Origin: Vicugna vicugna | Lineage: Eukaryota | Direction: 5' to 3' | Length of the DNA stretch: 64,000 nt | Assembly: GCA_013265495.1 (NCBI GenBank) | Contig: MU058584.1 | Coordinates: forward strand, 7,220,407-7,284,406 | Made by a program: the position numbers and the translations under genes | Notes under the pieces: generated by a model | The model's database searches: none | Told to the model about the DNA's origin: nothing | What the model saw: only the letters and a program-made list of their open reading frames with translations | Part shown: positions 47,274-60,428 of the stretch, one piece after another | How positions within the stretch are numbered: the first letter of the stretch is position 1 | Layout: each line of letters opens with the position of its first letter

Positions 47274-47460
47274 CAGTGTTTCCCAAAAGAAATATGTGTA
47301 TATATGTGTAAGATTTACCTTAGGAACTTATCAAAATAAGGGTTCCTGAGCTCCACTCATGGAGACTGACTCAGTGGGTCTGGTAGTTAAGCCAGAGTAA
47401 TCTGTATTTTTCAAAAGCTCTTCTGGTGCCCCTGATAAGGAGCCAGATTTGGGAGCTACT
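47274..47460. mobile_element. MER5-type hAT MITE
   Basis: CAGTGTTTCCCAAA ... TGACTCAGTGGGTCTGG ... AATCTGTATTTTT.A.AAGCTC ... TTTGGGA.C.ACT. Confidence 0.65.
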
Positions 47461-48007
47461 AATCACCACTTTCACAATTCCTGTTATTTCTGCAGCTGTG
47501 GATAAGGAATGAAATGTGTCTTCATTTCCCATCGGGACACTGAAACTGCTTTTGCCAAGGTCACTGATCCAGACTGCTTAATTTACTGTCTGAGTTTCTG
47601 AAATTGATCACCTATGCTTAATTCCTACTACCACTGATGCTGAATTCCTACAACCGCTGACTGAGTTCAGGTTGTCATCATCCATCTTCTGGACTATAGC
47701 AATAGATGTAATGCTTTTCCCGTCTGTAACCCTCCAGTGTAACATCCACACAGCCGTCGCATAATTGATATGGAATTAAAACTAAATGGTGTCACTATCT
47801 TGGTGAAAGCTTTTCAGCTTTTAATGCTAACAGCATAAAAACCTAAGCTTCTTGGCATGGCATAAAAGGCCCTGTATGGCCCACCCTTTCCAGGTTATCT
47901 GTTATGCTTCGATCAAACTGTGATTCCTGCCCTGTACACATTCACCATGCTGTTTCACATTTCTTTGCCTTTTTCATTTGGATACCTTTATAGGAATGGT
48001 ATTATAA

Positions 48008-49478
48008 TCCTGGAGAAACAGAAACAACAAAGTTGGACGACCCGTACTTCCCAATTCTAAAACTTACTACAAAACTGCAGTAATCAAAAGAGCATGGTAC
48101 TGGCATAAGGATAGACATATACATCAATGGAATAGAATTGAGAATCCAGGAATAAACTATTGCATTTATGATAAGTTAATTTCTGACAAGAGTACCAAGA
48201 CAATTTAGTAGGGGAAAGAGTAGCCTTTTCAACAAATGGTGCTGAGACAACAGGATATCCACATGCAAAACAGAGTTTGGATCCATATCTCAAACCATAA
48301 AGACAAACTCAGAGTGGATCAAAGACCTAAATGTAAAAGCTAACACTATAAAACTCTTAGATGAAAACACAACTGTAAAGCTTGATGACTTCAGATGTGG
48401 CAGTGGTTTCTTAACTATGACACCAAAAGTACAAGTGACTAAAAAAAAGATAAACTGGACTTCATCAAAATTAAAATCTTTTGTGCTTCAAAGGGCATTT
48501 TTAAGAACATGAAAAGATAACCCAGAAAATGGGACTTTCTTTTTTTTGCAAAGCACATATCTGACAAAGGGCTAGTATCCAGAATATATAAGGAACTCTT
48601 GAAACTCAATAATAAAAAGACAACTCAATTTAAAAATGGGCAAAGGATTTGAATAGACATTTCTCCAAAGAATATTACAAATGGCCAATAAGCACATGAA
48701 AAGATGCTCAATATCATTAAATATTAAGGAGATACAAATCAAAACCACGATGAGATAACATTTCACATGTACTAGGATGGCTATGACAAAAGATGAACAA
48801 TAAATTCTGGTGAGGATGTGGGTAAATTGGAATCCTTATACATTGGCTAGTGGGCATGTAAAATAATTGCGTAGCCATTTTGGAGAACAATTTGGCAGTT
48901 TCTGAAAAAGTTAAACATAGTTATAATATCCAGAAATTCCACTCCTATGCATATACTCACAAGAATGTAAACTTAAGTCTACACGAAAACCTGTACATGA
49001 GTGTTTATAGCAGCATTATTCATAATAGCCAAAAGGTGGAAATAACCCAAGTACTCATCAGCTGATGAATGGATAAACAAAATGTGGTATGTCTATAAAT
49101 GGAACTTCATTCAGCCATAAAAGGGGATAGAGTATTAATACATGCTACAGTGTGGATGAACCTTGAAAACATTATGCTAAGTGAAAGAAGCCAGGCACAA
49201 AAGATCATATCATATGGTTCCATTTATATGAAATGTATGGAATAGGCAAATCCATGTGAGACAGAAGGCAGATTAGTGGTTGCTGGAGGCGAAGGCAGGG
49301 AATAGAACAGAGAATGACTAATGGGTATGGGTTTTCTCTTTGGGGTGATGAAAACTTTTGAGAATTAGATAGTGTTGATTAGTTGCACAATACTGTGAAT
49401 ATATTAAAGACAACAGAATTGTACACTTCCAAGGGGTAAATTTTATGATGTGTGAATTATATCTCAATTAAAAGAAAA
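48008..49478 (+). mobile_element. L1MB-type LINE, 3' ORF2 plus 3'UTR
   Basis: ACTTACTACAAA.CT.CAGTAATCAA..TGGTACTGGCATAAGGATAGACATAT, TGGATCAAAGACCTAAATGTAA, ATTATGCTAAGTGAAAGAAGCCAG, TGTGAATTATATCTCAAT.AAA. Confidence 0.9.
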
Positions 49479-52400
49479 TTTTAAGGACTAGATTAAATCA
49501 CTCCAGGGAATATGTGAAAAAAGGGAAAAAGAAGAAAAGCAAGAGAAGAAGGACACCCTGCAAAGGGAGCCAACAAAGGGAGACCAGAGAGGTGGGAGGT
49601 AGAGCAAGAGGCTATTTAGAACTGAGAGAAAAGAGCAATTTTGTTGGAGTGGTAGGAATCTCAACTTGGAGCCTACCTAGGGTGAGTTGAGAAGGAAATG
49701 GGAAGTGAAGAAATGGGGATAGTGTGAAGACAACTCTGAGAAAAAGTTGGAAGAGGGTCTGGGGCTTAGGAATGTGCCTTTTTTTCTTTTGACGGGAGAT
49801 ATTAGCATTTTTGCTTGCTAGTGGAAATGATCCTGGAGAAGACACAGAGGATACAGGGAAATAGACAGGAAAGACTGGAGAAACTGTAGTGGGATGGAAT
49901 GCAGAGGTTCTGTGATGGGAGGCCTCTTACGTGAGGAGGAGGGGCGCCTCATGCACCGAAACCAAAGGATAAAGAAACTGATGCAGGCATGAGAGGTGAG
50001 AGGTTCTGATTTGGTAAGATGACAACATTAGCTGATGGTAGAGTGGGAAGGAGAGGGAGGAATAGAAAGAAGAGGAAAATGTAGACAAAGAATATCTGAG
50101 GAAATGGGAGCTTGAGTTCAGTAGAGGAATATAGTCAAAATGTATATGCAGTTGCCCTTTTCATAAATCAACAATGGTTAAGTGGATTTTCTAAAATGCA
50201 AGTTTTATCAGGTTACTTTACTGTTAAAATCCCCATTACCTGGCTTTTTAGCATAACTGCTTCTGTCATGATTTGCCCTCTGCCTCTGTCCATTCTCCTC
50301 TCCTGCTGCTCCTCCCACTCACCGTGGTGTTTAGTCCTGCTGAACTACTTAGAGTTCCTAGGATGCATCAAGCCCTTTCATGTCTCCATGGCTTAACACA
50401 TGCTCCTGTCTATCTGGAAAGCTCTTTGGGTTCCCCTTTGCCTGTCTAACTCTACTTACCTTTCAAGATCATAGCTTTCATGTCTTCTTGGAAGCCTCCA
50501 CTAAGCTCGCAGTTAGAAGCTATTCACTAAATGTATGTTGAAAGACTGGAGATGCTTAGAGCTCTGTTGAGCTAATGACAAGCTCTTTGAACACAGAAGA
50601 ATTATCCAGAAAGGAAGTGTGTGCACAAAAAAGCCAAGAGCTTTTGAACATATGTGGCTTTCTGAGTTTGTTTCCTCACTTGCAGAATGGAAATAATTAT
50701 ATTATCTCAATTCCTTTTACAAAGTCTAAAAAGTGAGTTCTAAATGTCTAGAATATAGACTCCTCAATACATGGTAGTTTAAAAAATCGTGCTTAAGCAA
50801 AGATTTATGTGTAGCAAAACATACCTAAGAGATCGTCTCCATTGCAAGGATCATAAGGACACCTGCGTTATTTAAAATGCTGCGCTTTCTTGGTACAGCG
50901 TTTAAGACAGATTATGAAGACTAGTAACTGAAGGCTGTTTTTCCGAAAGGTAATATGCCTTCAGAGTGGCTCATGGGTTTCCTGGTTTGGACCTGTGGGT
51001 GGGTGAAAGGAGGAATACATCTGATGTAGAAGGAAAATATGTATATTCTGCCCCACTCACCATACTTTCCATTTGAGTCTCCAGCTGCCTGAGCAGCTCC
51101 TTAAGGAGTTGTGCCAGTGAGGAGGGCAGAACCTGGTAACTCGTTAAAGGAGCTAACGGAGATTGTGATAAGGCTTGCCAGGGTAGAGGACAAACTCCCA
51201 GCTGTCTATAGAACAGAAAGGACTTGTGGAAGCGCAGTGTGTTAAGTGGAGGCCCCTGAGCTTGGAAAAGGGGCTTTCCTATTAGGCTGGAACCAAGAAG
51301 AGTACAAAGAGATCATAGTTTATATACATAATGTATATACACAAACACCTCTGTTTGGAATGGGGTAACATTTATTGTTGAATTATTGTGTGGCTTGTTT
51401 ATTCAGTAGCTTTTCTCTTTAAAAATCGTATCTAAATTGAGTATTTGTAAATAGTGTTTTCTTAATACTTTGTGTTACTGTGTTAGAGATACTTTAATTT
51501 TCAGATTCTGCTAGCCAAAAGTTTCTAATTCTTGCTTGAAAAAATTTCTTAACAAGTAGCTTGGAGTTTTAATTTGAGTGAATATCTTTGTGATGCTAAA
51601 TTGTTTTATAATGAAATTAATCATTCCTTAATTTGCTTTTTAAAATACAGACGTTTAAAACTTAGCAGATTTACTTAATTGGAGAGGAATATTCCTGTAA
51701 TTCATAAGAAGTTAACTATCTTCCCTGCAAATAAAACCATTTGAGATTTATTTATGTCTTACTTTCTACAGAGGACTTGAGGTGGCTTCCTTGCTTTCTA
51801 CAAATCCTATTCATTCATTTATTCATGCCTTTTTTTCTAACAAATATTTATAGAAGTATTAGGCACAAAAATGAAATAATGAAGTATAGAAGTGAAGAGA
51901 CAGGGCCCCCCCCCCAAAAAAAAGAAGAGTAACTAATGTAAGACAAAGAAATGGAAAGTGGGGAACAGAAAATTCCCAAACAGGTTATTTTAATAGTGGA
52001 ATTGAACAGAACATATATAAACAGCCTGGTGGTCAGGGGGAAAAGTGAAATATGATCACTTAGTTTTGTTATCAGAAAGGAGGAAGAAACGTTCATATTC
52101 ATGCTGTTTCCTCTAAAGCTGAATCAAGAGCAACTTCTAATATTTTATAATAACTGGTAGTAGTTTCCTTCCTCTGTGACCTCACCCATTATCAAGGTTC
52201 AGCTCAGCAGTGACTTAGGGATCTTGAGCCTGGATCTCATTCCTGCATTGTGGATGCATGCTGAAATTTCAGGTTGAGTGCTCATACTTTTACTGATTAA
52301 TCATCTTCCCCAGACAGCTCATTTCCTTTGTGTATTGATGGATTTCTGTTCTCTTAATCAACAAACCTTAAACCTTTCCTATTAACGCTTCTCCCTCTCT

Positions 52401-53611
52401 ACCTACTGAATGTGGGGGTTCTACTTCAGCGGGGTCTTTGCACACTGTTGGTGCTTTTCCATTTCACTTGCTATTGTCTCAGGTTCAGAACTTATTTTCC
52501 CTTTCCTTTCCTCTAGTATATCCTAAATACTATTATTTTATATGCCCCTTTATGTGAAAAGCTTCTATGCACCCATGCATCCCATTACCTTCATCCTTAG
52601 GTCCCTCTGCATGCCATATTATAAGGTTCACATAGTAGGTGTTCAGTAACTTTTTTGCAGGGTTGTGTACATGGTCCACTGGCCAAGATGATACGTAGAT
52701 CCTGAGAAGTGGGTATCATTGTTGAAACACTCACATTCAGTATTTTTAGGGTCTTGTTTTAAAAGTTGGTTTTAGGTCTTATCGTAAAAGCTTAGGTGCA
52801 TGTAAGTTCTAGTAAAGGCCAAGCATTTAAAAACTTTTCCACTATGTGTTTAACCACATATAGAGCAGGGCCTTTGAAGTCAGCAGGAACTCCACACAGC
52901 ATGCAGAGAAGAGCTTGAAAGGGTTAGGGCAGGGATAGGAGTCAGCCTTTCAGGGCAGGCCTCCCCAGAGGACAGGCGAGCCGAGTATCAGGCACGGAAC
53001 AGATTGGAAGCAAACTTGTATTCACACAAGAGGTGATGGCTTTTGAAACGTGATATAACGCTGGCTAGTCGGTTGTGGAAATGGTTGCTGGATAAGTAAT
53101 TGAATTAACCCTCTCCCTGCTCCTCCCGTGATTCCTTTATTTCACAAAAAAGTCCGTATTTTAATATGGCTGTTCATGCTTTGAACCGCAAATATTTGGA
53201 ATATAGAAGTCACCTCTGGACTCGGCTATAATAGGTCACATCTGTGGTTCATTTGGTCCATGATTCTTCTAATAGATACTCAAGTAATGTGCCGTGGGGA
53301 GACGCAGGACACGTGGTTTTACTTTCATATGTTAGTCCGAAGCTAAGGTTAGATGCACCCAAAGTACTTTTTATATAATTATGGTATTGTATTTTTCTGT
53401 ATTTCCTTTGAATTTACTTTTATTAAACCTATTTCTTGGAATAATGTGTACTTCATATTTATAATCCACTTTGGAGATTAACAGGCCCCAAATTTACATA
53501 CTTGAGTGTCAAAGGGAATTCTTATCACCCTAGTATTTGGCATTTCTGGGTTCTCCTTCAGTGGTACCTTTGATTGTGTATCATATGTTTTTATATCTTT
53601 ACTTACCTTAT

Positions 53612-54000
53612 TTTATCTATTGAAGATGACACAATTTTAAGATGCATCATTATTTTATATACAGCTAAGAAAGAAAAACAACTTGTCATTTAATATATGC
53701 TTTCTTATCACTTAAAATTTTTGTTTTATATTTATTGGAACAGCTCTCCAACTTTAGAAGTAGATTTTTATCACATGTCACTGTTATGCATGCATAAGTT
53801 ATAAGATGTTAATAAAATAAATTGGATAATTATTCCACAAACTTCTTCACATTGGGTCCCACTCATGAATTTCCTTTTCAGTGCATGGTTGACGTTCATG
53901 TTTTTCCACCCAATATCATCTCCTGTGGTAATTAGGGGTGTTGGTTGTGAAGCATTTCTTTAAAAGGTACTTCTTGATTGAATAAGAATAGTGTTATTTT
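53612..54000 (-). mobile_element. TcMar-Tc2 (Kanga-like) DNA transposon fragment
   Basis: TAAGATGCATCATTATTTTA..CTAAGAAAGAAAAA, ATGCTTTCTTATCACTTA.AATTTTT, AAACTTCTTCACATT, TGTTTTTCCAC.CAATATC, AGCATTTCTT.AAA. Confidence 0.6.
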
Positions 54001-56229
54001 CCTAAGAGACAGGATCTTTTAGAGCTGACCAGTTTTAGAATTCTTTGGTTCACACCCTGGGACCCACCCTCCTGGTGAGGGTGTTGAGTGGTGTCCTGAT
54101 CACAGCTCGTGGCATGCCAGGCATCCATCTTCTTTGTGGACTGCCCAGGCCGAGGGGCAGAAACTGAAACTCCCTGAAGTACTTGGTGCCAAGCCAAATG
54201 ATTTTTCCTGTTTTCAACCTTGACACTGTAGTTTGCGCATTGCGTAAATGAGTGGAAAATTTTGAGCAAGAAATAGCTTCTTGCCTGATCTATCTGAAAT
54301 GCTCAAATCCACCTGTTTAATGGCATCTTCACAGACATGCATAATTGAGTTAGAGATGTCACAACTTAGGCAGTTTTTCAGGCAGAAAGAAAGGAGAATT
54401 AGCTCTCTTCTAAGTGCCTCTTGGTGACTGTGGCTTGCTTTATTAAGCAAGGAATATACTATCTATTGAAAACATAATCTTTAATTTTTCTCTTTCATTC
54501 ATAGAGCATTTGCAGTATGACAAGAAACAAAAGGAGCTTCTTAGTGTCCTTTACTTAATTTCTCAAACTACAGTTGCAGGGCTAATTGTTCTTGCATGTG
54601 CTTTTTTTAGGGCTGTGTATTTGAACATCGTATGTTTGGTCTTTTGGAGAAAACCGTTTTGTGAATGCTTTGGGGCATAAACTATTGCTTTCCCCTCTGA
54701 ATTAAGGTATGTGAGAACACCTGGCTCAAAGCCGAAGTCTGGTGCTACCCTCCACGTGCTCAAGGAACTGTCATTCGCTTGCTCACAGCTTAGCCACATA
54801 GGATCTTAGCAGAGTTCACGTTTCCCAAGATCTGTGGTCTGTGATTTCACTCTTGCTGGAGTTTGTTTCTTCAGAGGCATTTCCTCATAAGGGAGGCAGC
54901 TATATCGATCATTTATAGTTAACTGTGTGATTGTGCTGGTTTATTCTGGAATTCCTCTTCTCTAGTTTATACTAACAGTGTTTTTCCTGTACCTACATCC
55001 ATGTAGAAGCTTAAACTCTTGACCGGAAATTTTCTGGCTGTTTATTTTTTCTTTTTCCATTTGCTTAATTACAAATCGATTCATGTCATGACTGGTAATC
55101 ATTAGTTCTCACTGAGATAAACTGCTGGGTTATTATCACTAAAATATTTTATTGCTCTGCCTGATTTTCATTCTTCAAGCATTAAAACTAATGCTTATAG
55201 GTTATAAATGTCCCATACCACATCAAGACAGAAATCAAAGTATTACCAACTACTTTCAGTTTAACTTTTGGCTACTTAAAGGTAGGAACTGATAGCTTTT
55301 ACATAGGCTCAGATTAATTTTTAAATATGGAAAGTTCTGATATTTCCTATAATTTTAATTACAGCAGCTCGTATCTGACAACTCAGCTTTCTTCACTAGT
55401 CATTTGGGTTATAAAGCCATAATTAGGCACCACTGGTGGGAGCTACAGAGGTGCAGATGTAGTGCCTAGGAAGACAGAAAGGCACATTGAAGAACTAACC
55501 TTGAGATCAGGGCTCTGATGGCTCGCTTCAGGGCTATTTACATAGTAGTGCACTTGCTGTTTGTTTTCCATTATCATGAGAATATTAAATAATATCTGAT
55601 TGACGTAAATTACCCCTTGTATTCCTTACTGATTTAAAGTAAAATTGGTGGCATATATAATTTTTAGACTCTCTCTAGATCCTCATTAAGAAGATATGAC
55701 TGAAGATAACTTTTAGCTAGGACCAGTAGAAAACGAATGTGTTTGTATTTTCATGGTGAACTAGCTGGTGATCAGGGGGGTCTTCTACTCATTTGGGACT
55801 TGTAAGCTTTTAAAGTCTCTTGTGCATTGTTTACTGTTCTGTAGAATGTTGACCCTAATTGTCCGAAATAAAAAGTGAAGAGTTGATCTTTTGTAAAATG
55901 TTTCCTATTGAATACTTACTATATGCCAGTCACTGTGCAAAATAGATTATGCATCAAAAAGGGATACAGGATGGTCCTTGAACTCAGAATTACATGCTAA
56001 AAGTCAAAAGTTTACACTGGAAATTATTGCAAGTGATGGGGCAGAGAGGGCCATGTGGGGTGAGGGAGGTCAGGGAGGAACCAGTGCCCATTGTTCAGAA
56101 ATGGAGTGATACAATACACAATCATGTTTGTATTCGCCACTCTATTTTCAATGCCCAAAGCCACAAGAACAGATGGATCCATTGCCGTTAGGGATCTGAT
56201 TTTACCAGATGCTTTATGATTTTTCATAA

Positions 56230-56521
56230 AGTTCTCAAAAACAAAGTATAATCTTCTCCTAATTTACATGGTAGTACCATTCCCAGAAAATTCATGTGTT
56301 GCCTAAACCCTTTTTGTATGTAAAACTGAATTAGGCTCCAGCTCAGATAATTTCACCTACATGGTTGTATAGCAAAAGATTGGAAAATTATGCAGGATGC
56401 AGGGGAGTTGTTCAGTGTATAGGACTCTCCCTCAAATTCAGGATGTTTAACACTCCTGGTCCTGCAGTCACTGTGAAACATGCCTGTGAATTTCCAAATT
56501 GCACTCAGTTGACAACCACTG
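56230..56521. mobile_element. hAT-Charlie (MER20-related) fragment
   Basis: TTCCC.GAAAATTCA, TTAGG.TC.AG.CTCAGATAATT, CAGGA.GT.TA.CA..CCTGG, terminal TTGA.AACCACTG. Confidence 0.55.
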
Positions 56522-58068
56522 CCCTACTGTTATATCAGTGACTAACTTATACATCCTAATGTCCCTTTTTTGTTTAAATGTTTGGTGGTGGTGGTTTTGC
56601 TTGCTTTTACCTGCCAAAGGAAACACTTAAGATACACTCCCCTAATAAGTCAGAGGTCATGTATTAATTAAATGTTTTCTACAGGAAGATAGATTCCATG
56701 GATTTCAGAAGTAGTAAACTCTTTGTATTCCATCCACTGTAGTCAGAATTTGCTAGGCCTCTACTGACCGCTAGGTACCATGCAGGTCTGGGTTATGGCT
56801 TCTGCTTTCACACAGCTGGCTACTAGCCCATCAGGAAAGTCCGCTGTGTGATAAGGAGTCCGTGGAGAACTTGAGAGAAAGCCTTGTAGATAGGGTTGAA
56901 GCAAGGTCAGGGGGAAATGACAGAGATTGTTACATTTGAGTTAGGTTTTAAGGAATAAGTACAATTTTAGCAGAATTTTAAGCGTGCACTACTTTGCAGC
57001 AGAAAGTTGAAGTTGACATGACCTTTCAAGTCATATTAATTGTACAGACTTTGCAATGAATGACTAAATGCCAAGTATTTCTTGAAATGAAAAAGCTTCT
57101 TTGCTAACCTGTTGTTTCTAGTTTCTGGTTTTTGTTTTTTCCTTTTTGCAGATAGATTTGTCTTTACATCTTTGTATCTGGTCTTCCCAGCTAGTTTTTG
57201 AGGATAGAAAGTATGCCTTATACTTCATTGGATGCTGAGCACAGAGTAGCCACTCAGTGAATACTGGGCCTTAGATGTTGTCAAAATAATTTATATAGGA
57301 ACGAAGGAATTATTCTTAGTTGGGAAAATTTTCTGTTTATTTTCCTATTAGCGTTTCCTAGGAAAAGTGAAGTCAAGATGTTAGGAATCAGGGCAGTAAG
57401 AGGACAGCCTCCACCAGTCTTGGCATGTTGGCCAGGCCCCAATTGTCCTCTGAGTTTGTAGAACTATGTTATTTTTCTCTTAGTCTCTTTCTTTAGGTAC
57501 GAGAACATTTGGAAAGCTAGTATCTGCTCTGGAATTTATAGAAATTGCTACTCAGGAGGTCTCTTTCTGAATATCTGTTTCTTATTCAGGTCTAATTTGG
57601 ACAAGATACTCTTTCTCTCTCTCTTTGGAGTCAGTGGAAGAGCAAGAATTATAGATATGTTTTTTAATAGTTTATGTAAATTTGATAATATTTGTAAAAG
57701 CATGTTATAAACTGTAAAGAATTAGAGAAGTTATTATTCTTTTGCTGTTATTAAGATCAAGGGAGGAGTCTAATCATAGCCAGGAAGAGCAAAAGAGTTC
57801 TGTAATTACTTTCAGGGTCTGAGTCTTGTGTTTGCCTTAAGTTGGGAAGACACGTGATAAGCTTTGTTAACTCACATTTTTTTTGTAGTTCTTAGACATG
57901 TTTGAATATTTAAAGATACAATGGTGTCAGTCCTTTAAGGAATCAAGTTGAATCGTACTTCAAGATGAAGAGATCTTGAATGAGCTTCATTTGCTGTGAA
58001 GTTGCTTAATCTTTTTAGGTGACACACTTTAAAAAAAATCGTTATTTTAGAAATTTCTTATGGTGGGT

Positions 58069-58184
58069 AGGGGAGGTAATTAGGCTTTTATTTATTTATT
58101 TTAATGGAGGTACTAGGGATTGAACTTAGGACCGCATGCTAGCTATGCACACGCTCTGCCTCTGAGCTGTACCCTCGCCCCCCC
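58069..58184 (-). mobile_element. Vic-1-type SINE (inside a MIR)
   Basis: GGGGAGGTAATTAGG...TTAATGGAGGTACTAGGGATTGAAC..AGGACC...CTGAGCT.TACCCTC. Confidence 0.85.
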
Positions 58185-59385
58185 ACCTTCTCATCAGTGA
58201 AATGGTATGTGTTTCACAGGCCTGTTATGAGTTTTTTTTAATGGATGTGAAGGGCACAGCTTGGTGCCTGGCCTGTGATAGGTTCTTCATTTCCATACAT
58301 GTTTGCTGTAAAAATTACTATTATTTAAAAAGTTATTAAGAAACACCAATTAGGCAGATATTTATTGAATGCCTACTATGTGCTAACACTGTTTAAGAGC
58401 TAGAAGATTTCTGTTCTCTAGGAACTCACATTCTAACTGGGGTTACTGATAACCAATGAACATAAGTAAATTACATCGTAGGTTACAGGATGATGCGGAC
58501 TAGGGACCAAAGAAAAGGTAAAGCAGGGCTTGGCGGATCGGTACTGCTCAGGGGAAGAGCCAAGGACTTGGAGATGACAGCATTAATTGCGTCTCCCAAG
58601 GGGAGAACTGGCATTGCAAATGGCAAAATAAATTACTTAGGTTGGGAGAAACTGGTCCCAAACAAAGAACAGCTAACTTTGGGAGTGATAAATGACATCT
58701 CTTAAAGAAGTATTCAGCCCCTTTGATCTAAAGTACGGCTGTTATGCTCCAGAAGCTGTGAGAATACTTAACTGATGTTCTTAACTATCAGGCTTAAAAC
58801 GTGAAAAGTTACATATCATTTCTTTCCCTTTCTCCAGAAAGTAAGAAAAATAATATTCTTTTATCTTTCTCTTCAGTGACAGTAAAATAAGCATTTCTAA
58901 TGGTATTATCAGATCTTTCCTTAGGAGCTGTTTCCTTTACTTCCTAATGGGTTTAGCTCTAATCTAAACCAGAGGCACGTTTACGTTAAACCACTCATTA
59001 TATGACATTATTACCCCAAGTGCTTCCAAAAGTAGGAATGTTTCTATTTTTCCTTTGAGTGTCACTTGACTACAGGAAAGGAATGTGAGAAGGCCTCTTG
59101 TCACAGCTAAAGTAGCTATTAAAGCTGTTTAGTAAATGGTAGACAGTTCTTGTTTTTGGAACTCATTTGAAAACTTAATGTGAATTCATTTATTTCAATT
59201 CTTAATCGGATGGCAGTTTTTCTGTGTTTTTAAAATTGGGTGTCTCATCAGACACAGGTATACAAACATATGTATTTTTCAGATATCTAGGTTTTCAGAT
59301 ATAAAATTGGATGCTATTAATATATGTGATGTATGTAGATTATATATATACACATGTAAACATATTTGTAATTAAGTTAATTTGG

Positions 59386-59510
59386 TTTGAGATTATTATT
59401 AATTTTGAAGAAGGCCTGTACCATTATGAGCTTCCCTCTTAGGACTGCTTTTGCTGCATCCTATAGATTTTGTGTGGTTATGTTTTCATTGTCATTTGTC
59501 TCAAAGTATT
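59386..59510 (-). mobile_element. Isolated internal L1 ORF2 fragment
   Basis: CTTCCCTCTTAGGACTGCTTTTGCTGCATCC.ATAGATTTTG..GTTTTCATTGTCATTTGTCTC.A.GTATTT. Confidence 0.75.
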
Positions 59511-59889
59511 TAAAAACTTTCTTTAGGTGTATTCTTGACGCACCATATGTAAAACACATTTTTCTAAGTTAAAGTATATTTTAAATCCAAAGACCTTATG
59601 TCTGTTAAAAGCAGACTATTTTAAGGCAAAGAATTATAGTTAACCTCTCATTTAAGTGTTTTGTACCTCTGTTTGTTTATAAGTTGAACTTGCCCAAGGT
59701 GAAGACTCCATTCTTACTAGTCTTTTCTTTACAATTCATCTTTTTTTTTAACTGAACTTATTTCCATGCAGTGATATTGAGCTACCTTGAGTTTCGCTTC
59801 AATCTTTTCCATTTATATCCTTTATAGAGGTGCTAATCATTAGTGAAATAGTTAAAAGATGGTGCTAATGGCAAAAAGAGGCACTAATG

Positions 59890-60428
59890 TAGCCAAGCCA
59901 TGGAAACAATCTAAATGTTCAACAGATGAATGGATAAAAATGATATGGTGTATCTATACACAATTGAGTATTACTCAGCCATAAAAAAGAATGAAATAAT
60001 GCCATTTACAACATCATGGATGGACCTAGAGTTTATCATACTAAGTGAAGTAAGTCAAAGACAAATATTAATTGATATAACTTACATGTGGAATCTAAAA
60101 AAAAATAGTACAAATGAACTTATTTTATAGAACAGAAACAGACTGAGAGATAAAGAAAACAAACTTATGGTTATCAAAGGGACAAGGGAGAGTGTAGGAA
60201 TAAATTGGGAGTATGGGATTAACAGATGTACACTACCATATATAATATGGATAGACAACAGAGATTTGCTGTGTAACACAGGGAACTGTATTCAGTATTT
60301 TGTAATAAAGTACAGTGGGAAAGAATAAAGTATAGATACATACATATATATGTATAACCAAATCACTTTGCTGTATACCTGAAACTAACACAATATTGTA
60401 AATCAACTATATGTCCATTAAAAAAAAG
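59890..60428 (+). mobile_element. Artiodactyl L1 3' end
   Basis: ORF 59930-60130 resembles the ORF2 C-terminus (IEYYSAIKKNEIMPF..WMDLE.IILSEVSQ), followed by 3'UTR and poly(A). Confidence 0.9.
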
